Source: Patescibacteria group bacterium
Lineage (GTDB): Bacteria; Patescibacteriota; Patescibacteriia; UBA10025; JAHIVO01
NCBI GenBank assembly: GCA_041660605.1
Contig: JBAZWB010000002.1
Coordinates: 170,408 to 234,407 of the forward strand
Length of the DNA stretch: 64,000 nt
Reading direction: 5' to 3'
Position 1 is the stretch's first letter; every line of letters starts with the position of its first letter. The notes under the pieces were generated by a model that was not told the origin of the DNA, made no database searches, and worked only from the letters and a program-made list of their open reading frames with translations. Both the position numbers and the translations under genes were made by a program. This document shows, one piece after another, positions 59,902 to 64,000 of this stretch.

Positions 59902-60855
59902 TTATTTATTTTTTATACCCCAGTCAATGCCCACCCCTCCGGCCTTATTGGCATTTAAATATTTATACGCCTGCAAGGCTGCCTTCGCCCCTTCACCAGC
60001 GGAGATTATTATTTGCTTATAAATAATATCAGTCACGTCGCCAGCGGCAAAAATTCCAGGCACCGATGTTTCATTGTTTTTGCTTATGATAATCTGATTC
60101 TTGTCATCAAGCTCCACCAGGCCCTTTACCAGGTCGGCTCTAACCTGAAATCCTATTTCCACAAAAATACCGTTCAGTTTTATCTCCCTTTCTTTTGCCT
60201 CATCTTTCACGTCAACCGCTGTCAGACTTTCGACAACGGTATTACCGCTTATTTTTTTTACTTTAGAATTATAAACCGCTTCAATATTTTCAGCGCTTTT
60301 TAGCCGTTCAACTAATATCTCTTCGCCGCGAAATTCATCGCGCCGGTGAATAAGATAAACCTTTTTAGCAATCTTAGAAAGAAGCAAGGCAGCGTCCAAA
60401 GCGGCGCTGCCGCCTCCGACTACCGCCACGTCTTTGTTTCTGAAAAGCGGCGCATCGCAGGTAGCGCAGTAGGAAACGCCTTTGCCGATATGCTCCTCTT
60501 CCCCGTCAACGCCGAGATGGCGATGGGTCAGGCCGAAGCATAATATTATTGTTTTGCTGTCATACTCTTTATTGCTGGAAACAACATGGAAATACTGGCC
60601 ATCTTTCTGTATAGCTTTAACTTCCTCAAAGGCAAATTCCGCCCCAAAGCTTTGCGCCTGCTTCTGAAACTTTTGCATCAGCTCCAGCCCGTCAACTTTC
60701 TCAAAACCGGGAAAGTTTTCCACATCAGGAGTAGTGGAGGCCTGACCGCCGATGTCCTGGGTAATCAGCAATGTTTTCATTTCCCGCCTGGTTGTATATA
60801 TCGCTGCAGTCATGCCGGCAGCGCCAGCACCAACAATGATTACATCATATAACAT
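59902..60855 (-). CDS. trxB: Thioredoxin reductase
   Basis: GAGAAG, CATCD, VGGG, IHRR, FAAGD. Confidence 0.93.
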   Translation of the reverse strand: MLYDVIIVGAGAAGMTAAIYTTRREMKTLLITQDIGGQASTTPDVENFPGFEKVDGLELMQKFQKQAQSFGAEFAFEEVKAIQKDGQYFHVVSSNKEYDSKTIILCFGLTHRHLGVDGEEEHIGKGVSYCATCDAPLFRNKDVAVVGGGSAALDAALLLSKIAKKVYLIHRRDEFRGEEILVERLKSAENIEAVYNSKVKKISGNTVVESLTAVDVKDEAKEREIKLNGIFVEIGFQVRADLVKGLVELDDKNQIIISKNNETSVPGIFAAGDVTDIIYKQIIISAGEGAKAALQAYKYLNANKAGGVGIDWGIKNK

Positions 60856-60875
60856 AATCGTTTTGTATTTTTAAA

Positions 60876-61202
60876 TTATTTAGGCAGGATCTTGCTTACC
60901 TCTTCGGTGAGCTTGCCTTTTTGATGCAGGCCGATGCCCTGCCAGGCGATTTTACCGTTTTTGAAAATTGCCAAAGTCGGTATGCTCATCACTCCGAACT
61001 TCTGGGCCATTTGCGGATTCTGATCCACTTCCAGCTTGCCAACTTTTGCTTTTCCTTCCAGCTCTTTGGCCAGCTCCTCCACGATCGGCCCTTGCATCTT
61101 GCAGGGCCCGCACCAGGTTGCCCAAAAATCAACCAGGACAGGCTTGTCCGATTTCAGCACCTCGGATTCAAAATTTTGATCGGTAAAAATTACCTCTGAC
61201 AT
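60876..61202 (-). CDS. trxA: Thioredoxin
   Basis: DFWATWCGPCK; SIPT. Confidence 0.96.
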   Translation of the reverse strand: MSEVIFTDQNFESEVLKSDKPVLVDFWATWCGPCKMQGPIVEELAKELEGKAKVGKLEVDQNPQMAQKFGVMSIPTLAIFKNGKIAWQGIGLHQKGKLTEEVSKILPK

Positions 61203-61252
61203 AAATTTTGTTATTAGTTATTATTAATTAGCAAATAGTTAATAGCAAATCG

Positions 61253-61564
61253 CTAGACAGCCTTGAATAGGGCAGCGACAATGCGGTTTAGATCACTTAG
61301 GGTCTGACCGCCTTTTTTGCTGGACAAACAGCCTCTAGCTTCGCTTTCTAAAACCAGTAGGGCAACCTGATCCAGAGCTTTGCGAACTGCCACGATCTGC
61401 TGTAAAACCGACAGGCAATCTTTCCTGGTATCAATCATTTTCTCAATGCCATTTATCTGGCCGCTAATCCGGTGCAATCGCGTCTGTATAGCGCTAAAAT
61501 CGCAGCTCGCCCCCCTACTGGACGGATTTTTTTTCAATAAAGTTCGCTTATTATTCATTGCCAT
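61253..61564 (-). CDS. CsoR/RcnR/FrmR-family repressor
   Basis: RLHRISGQINGIEKMI...CLSVLQQIVAVRKAL...C. Confidence 0.9.
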   Translation of the reverse strand: MAMNNKRTLLKKNPSSRGASCDFSAIQTRLHRISGQINGIEKMIDTRKDCLSVLQQIVAVRKALDQVALLVLESEARGCLSSKKGGQTLSDLNRIVAALFKAV

Positions 61565-61580
61565 TTTACGCTCGTTAGTA

Positions 61581-61595
61581 TACTCCCCCCCAGTA
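61581..61595. promoter_or_regulatory. CsoR/RcnR-type operator
   Basis: TACT-CCCCCCC-AGTA, the RcnR-type TACT-G-tract-AGTA layout, between the -10 box and the start codon. Confidence 0.8.
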
Positions 61596-61602
61596 CCCCA
61601 CT

Positions 61603-61631
61603 ACTTTATATGATCCATATTACTTTGTCAA
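61603..61631 (-). promoter_or_regulatory. sigma70 promoter of the CsoR-family/trxA/trxB operon
   Basis: TTGACA-17 bp-TAAAGT. Confidence 0.7.
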
Positions 61632-61724
61632 GGGTCATTTAAAAAGAGAATTATTTTAAAAACCGCCGTGGTTTGGAAGACCTCGGCGGCTGGAGATGAC
61701 AAGCTGAATAAAGAATGAACTATG

Positions 61725-62093
61725 TTAGTGCCACATATCATCGAGCTTCAGCTGAAGCTCCGGGTGCTTGGTAGCCACAAACCACTCAAGCACCGGCGCG
61801 ATCTCAGCACGAGATGGCCATCCATAAGTTCCGCTGCTTCCTCGTGCGAATAAACTTATTCCGCTGGCGAATAAAAGTTCGCCGCCCCCACAAACCCGAA
61901 ACGGTTCATCCACCAGCTTTGCCTGCAACGCCTCGGCCACTAATTCTTTATGCGACTTACGGCCGGCGTACACCACTTTCATGGATGCAGAGACAAGAAA
62001 CACGAAACCTAAATCAAAATATACATTTCGGCTCTGCTTCAGGCTCTGCTCCGCCTCCTCTGGTATGTATACCAGAAAATTGGCTTTTGACAT
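61725..62093 (-). CDS. Hypothetical protein, possibly Janus/Ocnus (PHPT1-like phosphohistidine phosphatase) fold
   Basis: SHKEL..VCGGGEL..ARGSSGTYG..KHP resembles PHPT1 YHADI..CLGGGRI..VYGYSMAYG..KYP; AGGAG RBS. Confidence 0.5.
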   Translation of the reverse strand: MSKANFLVYIPEEAEQSLKQSRNVYFDLGFVFLVSASMKVVYAGRKSHKELVAEALQAKLVDEPFRVCGGGELLFASGISLFARGSSGTYGWPSRAEIAPVLEWFVATKHPELQLKLDDMWH

Positions 62094-62116
62094 TAGGTTA
62101 CTCCTGCCTAGGCATG

Positions 62117-62575
62117 CTATTTCTCAAGCGTGCCAACAATAACGATTGTCTTTCCCGGTTCCCGTTCATACGCACCAGTTATTAAGATTCGTGATGGAGC
62201 GGACTTACAGGCATATAGCTGCTCAATTCCGTGAAGGTGCGACGGACGAGGTGGCTGGGCGATTTTAAAGTTCTCCCAGCGATATACCGTCTGCGGGGAG
62301 ATGCCTAGTTGTTTAGCAAATTCAATCGGTGAAAGTTTCAACCCCAGTCTTAGTTTGGTCATCAACTTGCATCGCAGCAAATTATCGGCACTGTCGCTTC
62401 CAGTCAGATCAATAATTTTTTTTATTTGCGTTCTGGCTTGATCAAAGTCAACTGCTGAACCACTGTTATCAGAATTTTTCAGCAATGACGAACCTTCAGC
62501 TAATACCTGGCAATTCTTTAAATTGATTTCTCCGGAAACTAGGAATACATACCCCTGAATTTTATTAATGTCCAC
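62117..62575 (-). CDS. XRE-family HTH protein
   Basis: LRLGLKLSPIEFAKQLGISPQTVYRWE. GTG start at 62575 follows an AAGGAG RBS; TTGACA-16-TATAAT at 62621-62648. Confidence 0.75.
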   Translation of the reverse strand: MDINKIQGYVFLVSGEINLKNCQVLAEGSSLLKNSDNSGSAVDFDQARTQIKKIIDLTGSDSADNLLRCKLMTKLRLGLKLSPIEFAKQLGISPQTVYRWENFKIAQPPRPSHLHGIEQLYACKSAPSRILITGAYEREPGKTIVIVGTLEK

Positions 62576-62728
62576 TTTTACTCCTTTGAGTTTTACAAGT
62601 AATTTATTTATTAATGTGTTATTATATAGCAATTATTATTATTGTCAATTATCCTGACATATATTTATCATAATGTACCCAATTATATTGAATATGTATT
62701 AAATCTATAATTATTGTTGTCAGAATTA

Positions 62729-62757
62729 TTGACATATTTGTTCACATCTGATATCAT
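62729..62757 (+). promoter_or_regulatory. sigma70 promoter
   Basis: TTGACA-17 bp-TATCAT with TGn extension. Confidence 0.65.
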
Positions 62758-62771
62758 CAAATCATAAAAAT

Positions 62772-63512
62772 ATGATGGAAAAATATTTAGAGGCAATCGG
62801 ATTATCCGACAAAGAATCGAAAGTATATCTCGCAGTTCTTGAGCTTGGCGAAAGTTCAGTGGTCACAATTGCCCGGAAATCATTATTAAAACGACCGACG
62901 GTGTACATTGTGCTTGATTCTCTGTTGCGACGTGGGTTAGTCAGAAGAGTGCCAAAAAATTCCAAATCTTTTTTTATTGCGGAAAATCCCGAAGCATTAA
63001 ATGAAATGCTGGCGACACAACAAAAAAGCATTGAACGCGTACTGCCCCTAATCCGAGCATTTTATAATTCACGGACAAAAAAGCCATCTATAAAATATTA
63101 TGAGGGCAGCGATGGTGTTAAAAAAATATACGCACAAATCTGCCAGGCTAAAAAGTCAGTATATTTTTATGGATCAATTAAGGATATTTTATCTAATTAC
63201 GAAGAGGTTATGCTAACTCCAGAAAAGGCAGTACAAATGAAAATATCAATCAAAGAAATTATGTCAACTAATCCAGTAGATAAAAGTTATGCTGCGCGAA
63301 TTAACAAAACAAAAAATAATAAACATGAGGTTCGATTGGTGGACGAAAATGATTTATTCGCCATAGATATGGCGATCATTGATGATCGCTCACTTGCCCT
63401 AATTTATCCTAAAGCTGATGAGTTTGGTTTATTAATTGAAAGTATAGAAATTACTAAATCACTTCGAACGCTTTTTGAGATGGCTTGGCAAGCTGCCACG
63501 CCGGTTGCTTAG
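62772..63512 (+). CDS. TrmB-family transcriptional regulator
   Basis: GLSDKESKVYLAVLELG..IARKS..RPTVY..L..L...GLV; YYEGSDG; C-terminal FEMAW. Confidence 0.9.
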   Translation: MMEKYLEAIGLSDKESKVYLAVLELGESSVVTIARKSLLKRPTVYIVLDSLLRRGLVRRVPKNSKSFFIAENPEALNEMLATQQKSIERVLPLIRAFYNSRTKKPSIKYYEGSDGVKKIYAQICQAKKSVYFYGSIKDILSNYEEVMLTPEKAVQMKISIKEIMSTNPVDKSYAARINKTKNNKHEVRLVDENDLFAIDMAIIDDRSLALIYPKADEFGLLIESIEITKSLRTLFEMAWQAATPVA

Positions 63513-63526
63513 AATAATTATTTATC

Positions 63527-63560
63527 AAAAAACAGTTCATCTTTTATTGAACTGTTTTTT
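63527..63560. terminator. Bidirectional terminator
   Basis: aaaaaacagttca..tgaactgtttttt between convergent TrmB and tRNA genes. Confidence 0.75.
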
Positions 63561-63635
63561 GGTGGACCTCAGGGGGATCGAACCCCTTACCTCTTCCATG
63601 CCATGGAAGCGCTCTACCAATTGAGCTAGAGGCCC
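63560..63635 (-). tRNA. tRNA-Ala(GGC)
   Basis: GGGCCTCTAGCTCAATTGGTAGAGCG-CTTCC-ATGGCAT-GGAAG..GGTTCGATCC..GAGGTCCACCA; G3:U70 pair; CCA encoded. Confidence 0.95.
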
Positions 63636-63734
63636 TTATACTTTTTTACTAACCTATGAATTTTATCTTATTAGCCTGTCTAGTCAAGTACGTTGTTGGA
63701 ATTTCTTAAAAGTATTGCGCTTCTTGTATTTCAA

Positions 63735-63750
63735 TGTTCCACGTGGAACG
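63735..63750. promoter_or_regulatory. parS-like palindrome
   Basis: TGTTCCACGTGGAACG, intergenic. Confidence 0.65.
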
Positions 63751-63785
63751 TTTTTAGCGAATCATGATTTTTCAGTGTAAGTTTC

Positions 63786-63840
63786 TGGTGGACCGTGCCG
63801 GAATCGAACCGGCGACCTCTGCAATGCGAATGCAGCGCCC
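63786..63840 (-). pseudogene. 3' portion of a tRNA-Ala(CGC): anticodon arm, T arm and CCA; 5' acceptor strand and D arm missing
   Basis: GGGCG-CTGCA-TTCGCAT-TGCAG-AGGTC-GCCGG-TTCGATT-CCGGC-ACGGTCCACCA; no complementary 5' strand upstream. Confidence 0.8.
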
Positions 63841-63902
63841 CGCCTGCCATCGCCAATTGACCTAGGGAGAATCTAATTTCCGTCTGAGTCCCGCTTTAAT
63901 TA

Positions 63903-63975
63903 TGGACCAAAGGGGAGTCGAACCCCTGACCTCCGCAATGCGAATGCGGCGCTCTACCAACTGAGCTATTGGCCC
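63903..63975 (-). tRNA. tRNA-Ala(CGC), CCA not encoded
   Basis: GGGCCAATAGCTCAGTTGGTAGAGCG-CCGCA-TTCGCAT-TGCGG-AGGTCAGGGGTTCGACTCCCCTTTGGTCCA. Confidence 0.93.
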
Positions 63976-64000
63976 ATAATTAAAGCGGGAAAAGTAATCA

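Noticed and set aside
63786-63840. tmRNA 3' end
   Set aside because: It has a complete anticodon arm (CGC), which the tRNA-like domain of tmRNA lacks.
1-64000. CRISPR array, rRNA or prophage structural genes
   Set aside because: No regularly spaced repeat-spacer units, rRNA-like segments or phage hallmark proteins were seen.

Overview
The gene set looks like a Patescibacteria/CPR-type (Parcubacteria-like) chromosome; this is inferred from gene content and not verified. Most genes lie on the minus strand. (1) 1-16.5 kb: a co-oriented tandem array of at least 11 paralogues, continuing past the left edge. The ten complete ones have a strongly diverged ~240-410 aa N-terminal region and a conserved C-terminal phosphohistidine 'swivel' (PEP-utilisers mobile) domain with the catalytic His intact. 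This resembles rifampicin phosphotransferase/PEP-synthase-like enzymes lacking the ATP-grasp domain. Inside the array are a small ORF resembling a stand-alone divergent ATP-grasp domain, a RAYT-type HUH transposase with REP-like hairpins, and the 3' remnant of a deleted paralogue. This is the best candidate for an undescribed system: a split, modular phosphotransferase repertoire. (2) 16.7-33 kb: surface/T4SS-like locus with a 3025-aa Cys-rich dockerin protein, a VirB6/TrbL-like protein, and a free-standing duplicate of that protein's tail. (3) 33-64 kb: housekeeping and accessory genes, including rsmA, tsaC, leuS with an inserted serine hydrolase, a repeat-flanked DUF559 nuclease, a two-component locus, comM, an LspA-PP2C fusion, an FG-GAP surface protein, a CsoR-family/trxA/trxB/aminotransferase/gdhA operon with a recognisable operator, a PHPT1-like ORF, a TrmB regulator, two tRNA-Ala genes, a tRNA fragment and parS-like sites. 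All calls come from reading motifs by eye; no database searches were run.
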